Below, piece after piece: positions 29,034 to 37,993 of a stretch of DNA of 37,993 bases. The notes under the pieces were generated by a model. It saw only the letters and a program-made list of their open reading frames with translations, made no database searches and was not told where the DNA came from. Origin of the DNA: Bacillota bacterium. GTDB lineage: Bacteria; Bacillota; Clostridia; Peptostreptococcales; Anaerovoracaceae. Position 1 is the stretch's first letter. The number at the start of each line of letters is the position of its first letter. The stretch covers positions 1-37,993 of the forward strand of contig JAUMVF010000003.1 of assembly GCA_030530305.1 (NCBI GenBank), given 5' to 3'. A program made the position numbers and the translations under genes.

Positions 29034-29807
29034 TTATTCGGGCAGAGTTTTCTGTCCGTTTCTTTTTCTTTCTTCTTCCTGCAGCTTGAGCAGTGAGTCG
29101 CGGATGGTTCCCTCGACCTGATTTACAAGAGCGCTTTCATCCTGTTTGCCCAGATCTCTGGTCTCGACCTGCGGATGGATCACGATATCTACGCGGGCGC
29201 CTTTGAACACGCCGTTATCCTCGAAGGCGCGGTATGATCCGTGGACAGTGACCGGAACGATGGGGACCTTCGGCTTGGTAGCCAGCTTGAAGGCTCCTTT
29301 TTTGAACTCGCCCATTTCGGGGCCCTTGCTCCGGGTCCCTTCGGGGAAGATCAGCAGTGAAAAGCCCTTCTTTATATACTTGATCCCTTCCAGGATGGCT
29401 TTGACCGCTTCCTTGGTCTCGTCTCTGTGCATTGAAACACTGCGGATCCTGAGGATCCATTTGCCGAAGAGGGGGATCTTGATCAGGTCGTCTTTGGCAA
29501 CGAAACCGAACTGGATCGTATCCAGGGCGTTCATCAGAACTATGATATCGGCATAGCCCTGATGGTTGGAAACGAATACGACGGGACCTTCTTTCGGAAG
29601 ATTTTCTTTTCCCGTGACATGGACGTCCATGCCGAATGTCTTTATCAGCGCGTCGCTCCAGTTATCGCAGGCTTCTCTTATATATGCGCGCTCTTCTTCG
29701 TCTTTTCCTGCTTCGCGGGCGGCGTCGATCTGCCTGCGGAGCTTACTGAGAGACGGCAGCGTGCCGTACAGTTTGAAAAGCGCGGGTATGTTTCTGAAAA
29801 TGACCAA
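29034..29807 (-). CDS. plsC: 1-acyl-sn-glycerol-3-phosphate acyltransferase
   Basis: NHQGYADI (HX4D) and FPEGTRS. Start taken as TTG 29807, preceded by a perfect AGGAGG (29819-29814) at 6-nt spacing; the track's start at 29837 is also a TTG. Confidence 0.85.
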   Translation of the reverse strand: MVIFRNIPALFKLYGTLPSLSKLRRQIDAAREAGKDEEERAYIREACDNWSDALIKTFGMDVHVTGKENLPKEGPVVFVSNHQGYADIIVLMNALDTIQFGFVAKDDLIKIPLFGKWILRIRSVSMHRDETKEAVKAILEGIKYIKKGFSLLIFPEGTRSKGPEMGEFKKGAFKLATKPKVPIVPVTVHGSYRAFEDNGVFKGARVDIVIHPQVETRDLGKQDESALVNQVEGTIRDSLLKLQEEERKRNGQKTLPE

Positions 29808-29928
29808 GGTTAGCCTCCTGTACCGTATTAAATCCAAATCACGAATATCATAGAATTGCCTTGTAAAAGATGTAATAATTATACCATGTGAAGAGGAAGA
29901 TTGCCATAAAGGATGGTCTGACGCATGA

Positions 29929-29957
29929 TTGCGATTGACCGTTCAAAAGACTATAAT
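29929..29957 (+). promoter_or_regulatory. putative thpR promoter
   Basis: TTGCGA at 29929-29934, 17-nt spacer, TATAAT at 29952-29957. Confidence 0.55.
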
Positions 29958-29984
29958 TAGTTTACGGCGCAGCCGGGAAAAACA

Positions 29985-30488
29985 ATGAGACTATTCATCG
30001 CGATAAAACTTAACAGAAAAATGAAAGATCATCTCATCAGCATGCAGGAGGATCTGTATGCGCAGGGATTCCGGGGGAATATGACAAAGCCGGAGAACAT
30101 GCATCTGACGCTGGTGTTCATAGGCGACTTTGACGATCCGGACCAGGTGATAGAAATAATAGACGGGATCCGTTTCGAGCCCTTCAGTCTGAAGATAGAA
30201 GGAACGGGAGCTTTCGGCGATCTGTGGTGGGCAGGCCTTGAGAAGAACGAGGCCCTTTCCGCGCTGGTGAAAAAACTCAGACACAGCCTTGCGGAGGCGG
30301 GGATCCCCTTCGACAGGAAGAAATTCAAACCGCATATAACTCTGATCAGAAGAGCAAAACAGGTGAGCAAGCCGTCGCCTCGGCGCGGCGCGGCCGGGAA
30401 AAAAACACCTGAAATGACGGTGGATCACATTTCACTGATGCGCTCTGACAGAGGGAAGGGCGGAATGGTATATACGGAGCTGACATGA
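29985..30488 (+). CDS. thpR: RNA 2',3'-cyclic phosphodiesterase (2H phosphoesterase, LigT/ThpR)
   Basis: Two HxTx motifs: MHLTLVF and PHITLIR. 167 aa. Confidence 0.85.
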   Translation: MRLFIAIKLNRKMKDHLISMQEDLYAQGFRGNMTKPENMHLTLVFIGDFDDPDQVIEIIDGIRFEPFSLKIEGTGAFGDLWWAGLEKNEALSALVKKLRHSLAEAGIPFDRKKFKPHITLIRRAKQVSKPSPRRGAAGKKTPEMTVDHISLMRSDRGKGGMVYTELT

Positions 30489-31138
30489 GAAAAAAGACAA
30501 TAACAATCTGCATAGCGCTGGTGGTTTTTGCTGTGATGACCGGGCTTGTGGCCTCGGGGCGGACTGCCGGGTTCGACGACACTATCAGATTTGCGTTCTA
30601 TTCCATCAGATGCGCGGGGCTTACTGCCGCCGCGAAGGTCTTTGCGGCTATCGGCAGCTGGTGGGGCATATCGATACTCTGTGCCGCGCTGCTGGCAATA
30701 AAAGCGACAAGGCTTAAAGCCGGAGTGCCGGTGGCGCTGGCGGCGGTTTCTTCGCAGGTGACCGAGAAGATAATAAAAGCCATCATCCAAAGACCGCGGC
30801 CGCCTTACGCGGACAGACTGGTGGAGATCGGCGGCTGGTCTTTTCCCAGCGGGCATTCGACAACATCGATGGCCGTGTTCCTGATGCTGATCTATATAGT
30901 GCGGACACAGGTCAGGTCGCCTTTTGCGAAAAATCTGCTGACCGTCATCCTTGCCATACCCATGATATGCGTGGGACTGAGCAGGATATATCTGGGCGTT
31001 CATTATCCGTCGGACGTGATCGGGGGCTGGTCCCTCGGCGTGGCCATGGCAATGAGCTGTATTATCTTCGGAGAGAAGATTGAAGCGGGAAAAGCCGGAA
31101 AACCCGGCCAAGAACCGCGGGATTTCAACAAAAACTAA
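30485..31138 (+). CDS. PAP2-family phosphatase (BcrC/undecaprenyl-diphosphatase-like)
   Basis: KxxxxxRP (IKAIIQRPRP), PSGH (FPSGHSTT) and SRIYLGVHYPSDV. ATGA overlap with thpR. Confidence 0.85.
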   Translation: MRKKTITICIALVVFAVMTGLVASGRTAGFDDTIRFAFYSIRCAGLTAAAKVFAAIGSWWGISILCAALLAIKATRLKAGVPVALAAVSSQVTEKIIKAIIQRPRPPYADRLVEIGGWSFPSGHSTTSMAVFLMLIYIVRTQVRSPFAKNLLTVILAIPMICVGLSRIYLGVHYPSDVIGGWSLGVAMAMSCIIFGEKIEAGKAGKPGQEPRDFNKN

Positions 31139-31175
31139 TTCCTACCAAAAAAGTATGAAAAAATACTTGACAATA

Positions 31176-31201
31176 CCCTACCGTTCTGGTAGGGTTTTAT
31201 T
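31176..31201 (+). terminator. rho-independent terminator after the PAP2 gene
   Basis: ccctacc (31176-31182) / ggtaggg (31188-31194) with a 5-nt loop, followed by ttttatt. Confidence 0.65.
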
Positions 31202-31297
31202 ATCCAAAAGGGACGGGCAGAGAAACCCGGCCGGTAAATAACAGAGAAACCGGCGGAAAAGCAGAAAGGCAAAAGCCCGGCAGAAAGGAGGCAGAAA

Positions 31298-31735
31298 ATG
31301 AAAATATCTACGAAAGGCAGATACGCGCTCAGACTTATGATCTGCCTCGGCACACATGCAGAAGAGGGAAGCATGCCGCTTAAAAGGATCTCAGTGGAAG
31401 AAGGTATCACAGTGAAATATCTGGAGCAGATATCAAGCAAACTTTCCAAGGCGGGGCTCATAGAAAGCGTCAGAGGAGCCCACGGCGGATACAGACTTTC
31501 AAGAGATATGGACGACTACACTGTAAGAGAGATCCTGGAAGCATCCGAAGGGCTGATGGTCCCGGTAGCATGTCTGGAACCCGGCGCGGATATGTGCCCC
31601 CGGCGGGGCAAATGCAGTACTATCAAATTCTGGGAAGGCATGTATAACGCCATCGCGGAATATACCGGCAGCATAACACTTAAAGATCTGGTGACCGATC
31701 ATGAAGAGTGTCTGGCAGCTGTCGACGGATTTTAA
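31298..31735 (+). CDS. Rrf2-family transcriptional regulator (CymR/IscR-like, three-Cys cluster)
   Basis: MKISTKGRYALRLM wHTH and C-x8-C-x5-C (VACLEPGADMCPRRGKC). Sits upstream of cysteine/methionine genes. Confidence 0.9.
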   Translation: MKISTKGRYALRLMICLGTHAEEGSMPLKRISVEEGITVKYLEQISSKLSKAGLIESVRGAHGGYRLSRDMDDYTVREILEASEGLMVPVACLEPGADMCPRRGKCSTIKFWEGMYNAIAEYTGSITLKDLVTDHEECLAAVDGF

Positions 31736-31788
31736 AACGGAACACAACTATCCGGGGACATTCCCGGGAACAGATAAAGGAGATAAAA

Positions 31789-33069
31789 ATGAGTAAAGAT
31801 TGGAAATTTGAAACAAGACAGCTGCACATCGGGCAGGAAGAACCGGACGCAGTCAGCGACGCCAGAGCGGTGCCCATTTACGCGACTACGTCATATGTTT
31901 TTCATAACGCCCAGCACGCGGCGGACAGATTCGGTCTGGCAGATCCGGGCAATATCTACGGACGTCTGACCAACACTACACAAGACATATTCGAACAGAG
32001 GATCGCGTCTCTTGAAGGAGGAGTTGCGGCTCTGGCCACAGCTTCGGGAGCGGCGGCTATCACATATACGATCCAGGCTCTCGCAAAAGAGGGTGAGAAC
32101 ATCGTAGCCGCAAAGACCATATACGGCGGCACATACAACCTTCTTGAGCACACACTTCCTCTTTACGGGATCACCACCACATGGGTGGATCCGTACAAAC
32201 CGGAAGAGATCGAAGCGGCAATAGACGGGAACACCAAGGCACTTTTCATAGAGACCTTAGGCAACCCCAACGGCAATGTCATAGATATAGAAAACTTCGC
32301 AAAAATTGCTCACTCACATAACATACCTCTCGCAGTGGATAACACCTTCGCCACGCCGTATCTTGTGAGACCTTTTGAATACGGCGCAGACATCGTCGTT
32401 CACAGCGCGACCAAATTCATCGGCGGGCATGGAACGGCAATCGGCGGAGTAATCATCGACGGAGGATCCTATGACTGGAAAGCTTCCGGCAGATATCCGT
32501 GGCTGGCTGACGCCAATCCGTCATATCACGGAGTAAGCTTTGTAGACGCGGTAGGCCCGGCGGCCTTCGTGACATATATCAGGGCGATACTTCTGAGAGA
32601 TACAGGCGCGACGCTTTCACCGTTCCACGCTTTCATATTCCTGCAGGGGCTCGAAACGCTGTCCCTCAGAGTAGAGAGACATGTGGAAAACACGCTGAAA
32701 GTCATCGAATATCTTAAGACAGAACCGAAGGTAACGGCCATCCACCATCCGTCCATCCGGGGCGAACCGGGATCGGAGCTTTACGGTAAGTATTTCCCCA
32801 ACGGCGGCGGCAGCATCTTCACCTTCGACATCGAAGGAGGACAGGAAGAGGCCAAAGCCTTCATCGACAAGCTGGAGCTTTTCTCGCTGCTGGCAAATGT
32901 AGCAGACGCCAAGTCGCTGGTAATACATCCGGCAAGCACCACTCACTCCCAGCTTACTGAAGAGGAACTGCTGGATCAGGGCATTAAGCCTTCGACGATC
33001 AGACTGTCAATAGGTCTGGAAAACAGTGAAGATATAATCGCGGATTTGAAAAAAGGCTTTGCGGACTGA
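31789..33069 (+). CDS. metY: O-acetylhomoserine sulfhydrylase (PLP-dependent, Cys/Met metabolism family)
   Basis: FETRQLH.GQ, SATKFIGGHG (PLP lysine), 426 aa from ATG 31789 (AAAGGAG RBS). Confidence 0.9.
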   Translation: MSKDWKFETRQLHIGQEEPDAVSDARAVPIYATTSYVFHNAQHAADRFGLADPGNIYGRLTNTTQDIFEQRIASLEGGVAALATASGAAAITYTIQALAKEGENIVAAKTIYGGTYNLLEHTLPLYGITTTWVDPYKPEEIEAAIDGNTKALFIETLGNPNGNVIDIENFAKIAHSHNIPLAVDNTFATPYLVRPFEYGADIVVHSATKFIGGHGTAIGGVIIDGGSYDWKASGRYPWLADANPSYHGVSFVDAVGPAAFVTYIRAILLRDTGATLSPFHAFIFLQGLETLSLRVERHVENTLKVIEYLKTEPKVTAIHHPSIRGEPGSELYGKYFPNGGGSIFTFDIEGGQEEAKAFIDKLELFSLLANVADAKSLVIHPASTTHSQLTEEELLDQGIKPSTIRLSIGLENSEDIIADLKKGFAD

Positions 33070-33153
33070 TTGCAAAAACCGCAGAGACGATAACACAGGA
33101 ACAAACGAAAGAGTATAATAAAGAAAAGGACCAAAGTCCAAAGGAGGAACAAA

Positions 33154-34086
33154 ATGGCTATTTATAACGGATTAACAGAACTTATAGGAAACACACCGCT
33201 TCTGAAACTGAACAAATATGGAAAGGATCAGGATCTGAAGGGAAATATCATCGTAAAGCTGGAATACTACAACCCGGCAGGAAGCGTAAAAGACAGAGTC
33301 GGTAAAGAAATGATAGAAGAAGCTGAAAAGAAGGGCGTTCTGAAACCGGGCGCGACTATCATCGAGCCGACCAGCGGAAATACAGGAATCGGTCTTGCCG
33401 CAGTCGCGGCAAGCAAGGGATACAAAGCGATCTTCACAATGCCTGACACCATGAGTATCGAAAGAAGAAAACTCCTGGCGGCATACGGCGCGGACATCGT
33501 TCTGACACCGGGCGCCGAAGGAATGAAGGGCGCGATCGCAAAAGCGGAAGAGCTCAACAAGGAGATCGAAGGCAGCATCATCCCGGGACAGTTCGTGAAC
33601 CCGGACAATCCGAAGGCCCACTATGAGCACACAGGCCCCGAGATCTGGAAGGATGCTGAAGGAAAAGTCGACGCTTTTGTTTCAGCCGTAGGAACCGGCG
33701 GAACCCTTACAGGAACCGGCAAATATCTCAAGGAACAGAACCCGGATATCAAAGTAGTTGCGGTAGAGCCAAAGGATTCACCGGTACTTTCAGGCGGACA
33801 GCCGGGACCACATAAGATCCAGGGCATCGGCGCCGGCTTCGTTCCCGATATCCTCGACACGAGCGTTTATGACGAGATCATTACTGTTGCCAACGAAGAC
33901 GCCTTTGAAACATCAAGGAACTTCGCCAAGACAGAAGGCATACTGATTGGAATATCTTCGGGATCAGCTCTCTGGGCGGCAGTCCAGCTGGCAAAGAGAG
34001 ACGAATTCGCAGGAAAGAACATTGTCGCCATACTGGCAGACAACGGTGAAAGATATCTGTCCACAGCGCTTTACAGCGAAGAATAA
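33154..34086 (+). CDS. cysK: cysteine synthase A (O-acetylserine sulfhydrylase)
   Basis: NPAGSVKDR (PLP lysine), TSGNTG and GTGGT, over 310 aa. Confidence 0.93.
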   Translation: MAIYNGLTELIGNTPLLKLNKYGKDQDLKGNIIVKLEYYNPAGSVKDRVGKEMIEEAEKKGVLKPGATIIEPTSGNTGIGLAAVAASKGYKAIFTMPDTMSIERRKLLAAYGADIVLTPGAEGMKGAIAKAEELNKEIEGSIIPGQFVNPDNPKAHYEHTGPEIWKDAEGKVDAFVSAVGTGGTLTGTGKYLKEQNPDIKVVAVEPKDSPVLSGGQPGPHKIQGIGAGFVPDILDTSVYDEIITVANEDAFETSRNFAKTEGILIGISSGSALWAAVQLAKRDEFAGKNIVAILADNGERYLSTALYSEE

Positions 34087-34120
34087 AGAAAGAAGACCTC
34101 CTTTAAAGTATTCTGACAAT

Positions 34121-34159
34121 AAAAAGACCCTGCACGTTTCGTACTGCAGGGTCTTTTTT
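34121..34159. terminator. bidirectional rho-independent terminator (cysK / mrp convergent)
   Basis: aaaaagaccctgca-cgtttcgta-ctgcagggtctttttt. Confidence 0.8.
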
Positions 34160-34174
34160 ATTATTGGTTTAAGA

Positions 34175-35005
34175 TCATTCGGCCATGATTGCCTTCAGCA
34201 TATCGTCAAGCCAGGGTCCTTCGAACAGTTCCATCATGCCTGCGTCGCAGCCTGCGGCGATCTTGGCGTTGAACGGGATCTGGGCCGTATTCGGAATGTC
34301 ATACTGGTCGGCCAGTTCCTTTACTTTGCTCGGACCGAATACTTCGATCTTGTGTCCGCACTCGTCGCATTCAACATAGCTCATATTCTCAACTACTCCC
34401 AGGATAGGAATGTCCATGTGTTTTGCCATGGTCACGGCTTTTCCGACTATCATTGAAACCAGTTCCTGCGGGGAAGTGGTAACGATGATGCCGTCGAGAG
34501 GTATGGACTGGAAGACCGAGAGAGGGACATCGCCTGTGCCCGGAGGACAGTCGATGAACATTATATCTATATCTCCCCAGACAACGTCTGTCCAGAACTG
34601 CTCAACAGTCTGGGCGATGATAGGTCCTCTGTAGATGACCGGAGTTGTCTCCTCTTCAAGGAAGAGGTTTATGGACATTATCTCGATGCCGGTAGCTGAA
34701 GTAGCCGGATAAAGATCGTGTGTAGACGCGTCTCCCGGAGTTTTTGCCTTGATCATCTTAGGGATGGAAGGTCCGGTGATATCCGCGTCAAGGATAGCTG
34801 TCCTGTAGCCGGCTCTCTGGGCGAGAACTGCCAGCATAGCGGTAACAGAGGATTTTCCTACTCCGCCTTTTCCGCTGACTACGCCGATGACTTTTTTGAT
34901 ATCACTCAGTTCGTGAGTCGGTTTGATAAAACTGGTCTGTTCTTCTGTTCTGTCGTCGCATGCGGATGCGCATGATGAACAGTCATGATCGCAACTAGTA
35001 CTCAT
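34175..35005 (-). CDS. Mrp/NBP35-family Fe-S cluster carrier ATPase
   Basis: Deviant Walker A SGKGGVGKS, DCPPGTGD, CxxC (ECDECG) and an N-terminal C-x3-C-x2-C-x3-C, over 276 aa. Confidence 0.9.
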   Translation of the reverse strand: MSTSCDHDCSSCASACDDRTEEQTSFIKPTHELSDIKKVIGVVSGKGGVGKSSVTAMLAVLAQRAGYRTAILDADITGPSIPKMIKAKTPGDASTHDLYPATSATGIEIMSINLFLEEETTPVIYRGPIIAQTVEQFWTDVVWGDIDIMFIDCPPGTGDVPLSVFQSIPLDGIIVTTSPQELVSMIVGKAVTMAKHMDIPILGVVENMSYVECDECGHKIEVFGPSKVKELADQYDIPNTAQIPFNAKIAAGCDAGMMELFEGPWLDDMLKAIMAE

Positions 35006-35116
35006 TTCGTGTGTTTCCTTTCTTTAGCATATTGATTTCATAGACATCCTGTTAAAACGACCGGTCAGAGACCGGACCGGGACCGCTGCCGTAAACCCGT
35101 TAAGCAAAGCGGTCTT

Positions 35117-35455
35117 CTACAGGTCGATTTTTGTCGGGCAGTCGCTGCAGGCGCACCCCGCGCCGTCGCAAACGTTGTATTCTCCACCGTCTACATGAAG
35201 ATCCGCGCCTTCTACCAGACATTTGGCAAGCTTTTTCCTTGCGCTGTTATATATTGCCTGCGCCGTTGTCCGCGCGATGTTCATGCGTTTGGAGCACTCT
35301 TCCTGATTCAGGCCGAGGAGGTCTATCAGTCTGATGGCTTCAAATTCATCGACTGTCATGGTGATCTCTTCTGCCGCTTCGTGTTCATCAAGAGGTCCGA
35401 AGCTGGTGTTTGCCGGCATTGAGCAGATCCTTCTGCTCTTCTGTGGTCTGGACAA
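35117..35455 (-). CDS. DUF134-family predicted DNA-binding protein with a C-terminal Cys cluster
   Basis: SRPQKSRRICSMP...LTVDEFEAIRLIDLLGLNQEECSKRMNIARTTAQ..SARKKLA matches the DUF134 pattern. Proposed TTG start at 35455 (AGAGGG about 8 nt upstream); the track's longer ORF adds an implausible N-terminus. Confidence 0.7.
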   Translation of the reverse strand: MSRPQKSRRICSMPANTSFGPLDEHEAAEEITMTVDEFEAIRLIDLLGLNQEECSKRMNIARTTAQAIYNSARKKLAKCLVEGADLHVDGGEYNVCDGAGCACSDCPTKIDL

Positions 35456-35658
35456 TTCAGACACCCTCTTTCTCTTTGCGTTTATTTTCCTGCGTTGCAG
35501 CCCCTTGTTGTTTAACAATAACCGCAAGTCAATTATACGCTGTTTGCGACATATGTCAATAACACAAAAGCGCTCGCGGGCGGGAAAACCAGCGAAAGCG
35601 GACAATGCGCCGGGCACAAAAAAGTGCCGGAACGGGAAATACGCTGTATAATGAACAT

Positions 35659-36366
35659 ATGGAAATACTTTTAGATCATTTCAAACTGGATAACGGAGCA
35701 TACGGCGGAAGCCAGGTCTGGTTCAGGACCGCCTGGATGCGGCTCGGCGGATGCGCGGCCCAGACAGCCTGCGATATATGCGTATTTTTCGCGAAGCATT
35801 TCGGCATGGAATATCTATATCCGTTCTATACCGGCGAGATCAGAAAAAAAGAATACGTTACGTTTTCGAATATAATGAGGCCATATCTGAAACCGCGGAT
35901 GAAGGGCATCAACACACTTGATATTTATATGGACGGATTCAGGGAATATCTTTCCGATACGGAAAAAGCCGCGCCGGAGGAAGAGGTAAAAACCCGGATC
36001 CTCATGGAGGGTTTCAGCGGGGAGCGTCCTGCGGCAGAGGCGGAGGCTGCCATCGTGCGGCAGCTCGAAAAGGGGTATCCTGCGGCGTGCCTTGTGCTGC
36101 ACCACGAGGACCCTGAGATGGACGACTATGTGTGGCACTGGTTCCTCATAAACGGATACAGATGCCAAGAAACCGGTTCAGCCTGTTCGACTGCGGTAAC
36201 CCGTGAAGCCATGCAGGGAAAGACCGGTTCGCAGGCAGAGATCCGCGCAGTGACTTATGGCGCGGCCCGGTGGATAGATCTTGAAAGATTGTGGAATACC
36301 GGCCGTGAACCTAAAGGCGGGCTCGTGTTCTTTGACCTGGAAAAGACCTGCGGAAAACAAAAATAA
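35659..36366 (+). CDS. hypothetical protein with a possible papain-like Cys/His signature
   Basis: 236 aa from ATG 35659 (253 aa from ATG 35605). LGGCAAQTACD and YVWHWFLINGY are arranged like a C39/BtrH_N-type Cys...His pair. I recognise no family with confidence. Confidence 0.45.
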   Translation: MEILLDHFKLDNGAYGGSQVWFRTAWMRLGGCAAQTACDICVFFAKHFGMEYLYPFYTGEIRKKEYVTFSNIMRPYLKPRMKGINTLDIYMDGFREYLSDTEKAAPEEEVKTRILMEGFSGERPAAEAEAAIVRQLEKGYPAACLVLHHEDPEMDDYVWHWFLINGYRCQETGSACSTAVTREAMQGKTGSQAEIRAVTYGAARWIDLERLWNTGREPKGGLVFFDLEKTCGKQK

Positions 36367-36465
36367 AAAAACATGGTTTGTTAATTTTCTTTTAATTTTT
36401 CCCCTTTAACATACAGATATAAAAACAAAGCAAAAGGGAAACCATAAAAGAAAAGGAGAAAAACC

Positions 36466-36978
36466 ATGACCAACGCAATCAGAAGAGTATCCGTTATTAC
36501 GCTGGCCGTGATCGTAGTGATCGCCATGAGCGCTTCGGCCTTTGCCGGCTCAATGACGAAGAAGGAAGCTGTCAAAAAAGCTCTGAACGACGCCCACACA
36601 ACAAAGGCAGGCGTTTACGGGCTGGAAGCTGAACTGGACGACGGAAAGTACGAGATCGAGTTCACAAAGAAAAAGAACAACGCAGAGTATGACTACGAAA
36701 TCAAAAAGACCGGCAGGATCCTTGAAAAATCCGTAGACTATGTCTACAAGCACAACTATTCAAAGCACAAGATCGGAAAGAAAGCGGCAAAGAAAAAAGT
36801 CGCGAAATTCTCAGGCATCAAATATTCGATAATCAACAGCGGCACCTGCTGGTTCGAGTATGACGACGGGGAAGGGCACTATGAAGTCAAGTTCAAGAAG
36901 GGGCATTACAAATACGATTACGAAGTGCTGGCGCCCACAGGCAAAATAATAGAGTACAGCAAGAACTATGTAAAATAG
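36466..36978 (+). CDS. secreted tandem PepSY-like domain protein
   Basis: Signal peptide (VITLAVIVVIAMSASAFA), then two repeats of the type K..A.K.A........E.....G.YE..F......YDYE......G.I.E.S. AAGGAG RBS. Confidence 0.7.
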   Translation: MTNAIRRVSVITLAVIVVIAMSASAFAGSMTKKEAVKKALNDAHTTKAGVYGLEAELDDGKYEIEFTKKKNNAEYDYEIKKTGRILEKSVDYVYKHNYSKHKIGKKAAKKKVAKFSGIKYSIINSGTCWFEYDDGEGHYEVKFKKGHYKYDYEVLAPTGKIIEYSKNYVK

Positions 36979-37070
36979 TACGCAGATTACCTCATTAATA
37001 ATTATCCGGCGGCGAAAAACCGGCAGACCCGGCTGAAGCCGCCCGGATTCTTACAAAACAGTGCAAAGGA

Positions 37071-37099
37071 AAAACTCCCTGATAAACAGGGAGTTTTTT
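37071..37099. terminator. bidirectional rho-independent terminator (PepSY gene / rpsI)
   Basis: aaaaactccctg-ataaa-cagggagtttttt. Confidence 0.75.
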
Positions 37100-37121
37100 G
37101 TGGTCTGAAATCGTTTCCGGA

Positions 37122-37517
37122 CTAACGCTTTGAGAACTGGCTCGCTCTTCTAGCTTTCTTGAGTCCGTATTTCTTTCTTTCCTTCATTCTCGGGTCTCTT
37201 GTAAGGAAGCCCGCAGCCTTGAGAGGCGCTCTGTATGCTTCGCTGTCTGCTACGCACAGTGCTCTTGAGATACCGTGTCTCAGAGCTCCGGCCTGACCTG
37301 TGAAGCCGCCGCCGTGTACTGTAGCGATGACGTCGAATTTACCTTCGCATCCCGCTATCTCAAACGGTCTTTTTACCTCTCTCTTAACGATCTCCATTGC
37401 GAGGTAATCGTCAAGAGGCTTTTTGTTTACAGTGATCTTTCCGGTGCCAGGGATCAATCTAACTCTGGCTACTGAAGATTTTCTTCTGCCTGTACCGCAG
37501 TATTGCATTTTTGCCAT
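37122..37517 (-). CDS. rpsI: 30S ribosomal protein S9
   Basis: GTGRRK...GGG.TGQA.A.RHGI.RAL...KKYG..KARR..QFSKR, over 131 aa. Confidence 0.97.
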   Translation of the reverse strand: MAKMQYCGTGRRKSSVARVRLIPGTGKITVNKKPLDDYLAMEIVKREVKRPFEIAGCEGKFDVIATVHGGGFTGQAGALRHGISRALCVADSEAYRAPLKAAGFLTRDPRMKERKKYGLKKARRASQFSKR

Positions 37518-37535
37518 TGCTTGATTCCTCCCTTC

Positions 37536-37964
37536 TTAGATTTCCAGACTTTCCGGTTTCTGAGCCGCATGCTTATGGTCGGGGCCTGCGTATACTTTCA
37601 GCTTCTTGTACATCTGCCTGCCCAGCTTGCCCTTAGGCATCATGCCCTTGACCGCATGTCTGATGATCTCTTCCGGTTTCTTTTCCTGTAACTTCTCGAA
37701 AGATATCTCTCGGAGGCCGCCCGGATAACCGGTGTGTCTCTTGTATATCTTTTCTTTTCTCTTCTTACCTGTTACCTGGATCTTCTCAGCGTTGATAACG
37801 ATAACGTAATCTCCGCAGTCCACGTGAGGTGTGAATGTGGGCTTGTGCTTTCCTCTGAGCACTGCTGCAACCTTCGATGCCACTTTACCGAGGGTCTGTC
37901 CTTCACAATCTACAACGTACCATTTACGTTCTACATTCTGAGGTCTTTCGATAAACGATTTCAT
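37536..37964 (-). CDS. rplM: 50S ribosomal protein L13
   Basis: RKWYVVD...GK.A...A..LRGKHKP.FTPH.D.GD.VIV.NA, over 142 aa, upstream of rpsI. Confidence 0.97.
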   Translation of the reverse strand: MKSFIERPQNVERKWYVVDCEGQTLGKVASKVAAVLRGKHKPTFTPHVDCGDYVIVINAEKIQVTGKKRKEKIYKRHTGYPGGLREISFEKLQEKKPEEIIRHAVKGMMPKGKLGRQMYKKLKVYAGPDHKHAAQKPESLEI

Positions 37965-37993
37965 TCGCTTTCCTTTCTGCCTACTTGGATGGT

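Overview
This 38-kb window is the chromosomal replication-origin region of a Bacillota (Clostridia-like) genome and is almost entirely core housekeeping. The minus-strand block is rpmH-rnpA-yidD-yidC-jag-mnmE-mnmG-rsmG-soj-spo0J, followed by sprT-like, mtnA and a class II aldolase. It diverges from a plus-strand block of dnaA-dnaN-recF-gyrB-gyrA. DnaA-box clusters lie on both sides of dnaA, and there are three parS sites. Flanking genes are purB-purA-alr, a D-Ala-D-Ala carboxypeptidase, an RsbW-like/SigB-like pair, trpS, an EamA transporter, plsC, thpR, a PAP2 phosphatase, Rrf2-metY-cysK, a DUF134-Mrp/NBP35 operon, one hypothetical, a PepSY protein and rpsI-rplM. I saw no mobile elements, CRISPR arrays, tRNA/rRNA genes or defence genes. 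The points worth a second look are: (1) a monocistronic 96-aa protein that looks like a free-standing NrdD C-terminal glycyl-radical loop; (2) jag interrupted by one in-frame TGA at a conserved-Gly position; (3) a homopolymer frameshift in the carboxypeptidase gene; (4) a Cys-rich RsbW-like anti-sigma with a degenerate ATP-binding G1 box and no RsbV partner; (5) a deep AT-rich trough running through coding sequence around oriC, lowest in the dnaA 3' part and dnaN; (6) a candidate small RNA in the alr-dac spacer; and (7) a 26-nt tandem repeat in the mtnA leader. No clear novel multi-gene system is evident, and all functional calls rest on motif recognition by eye without database searches.
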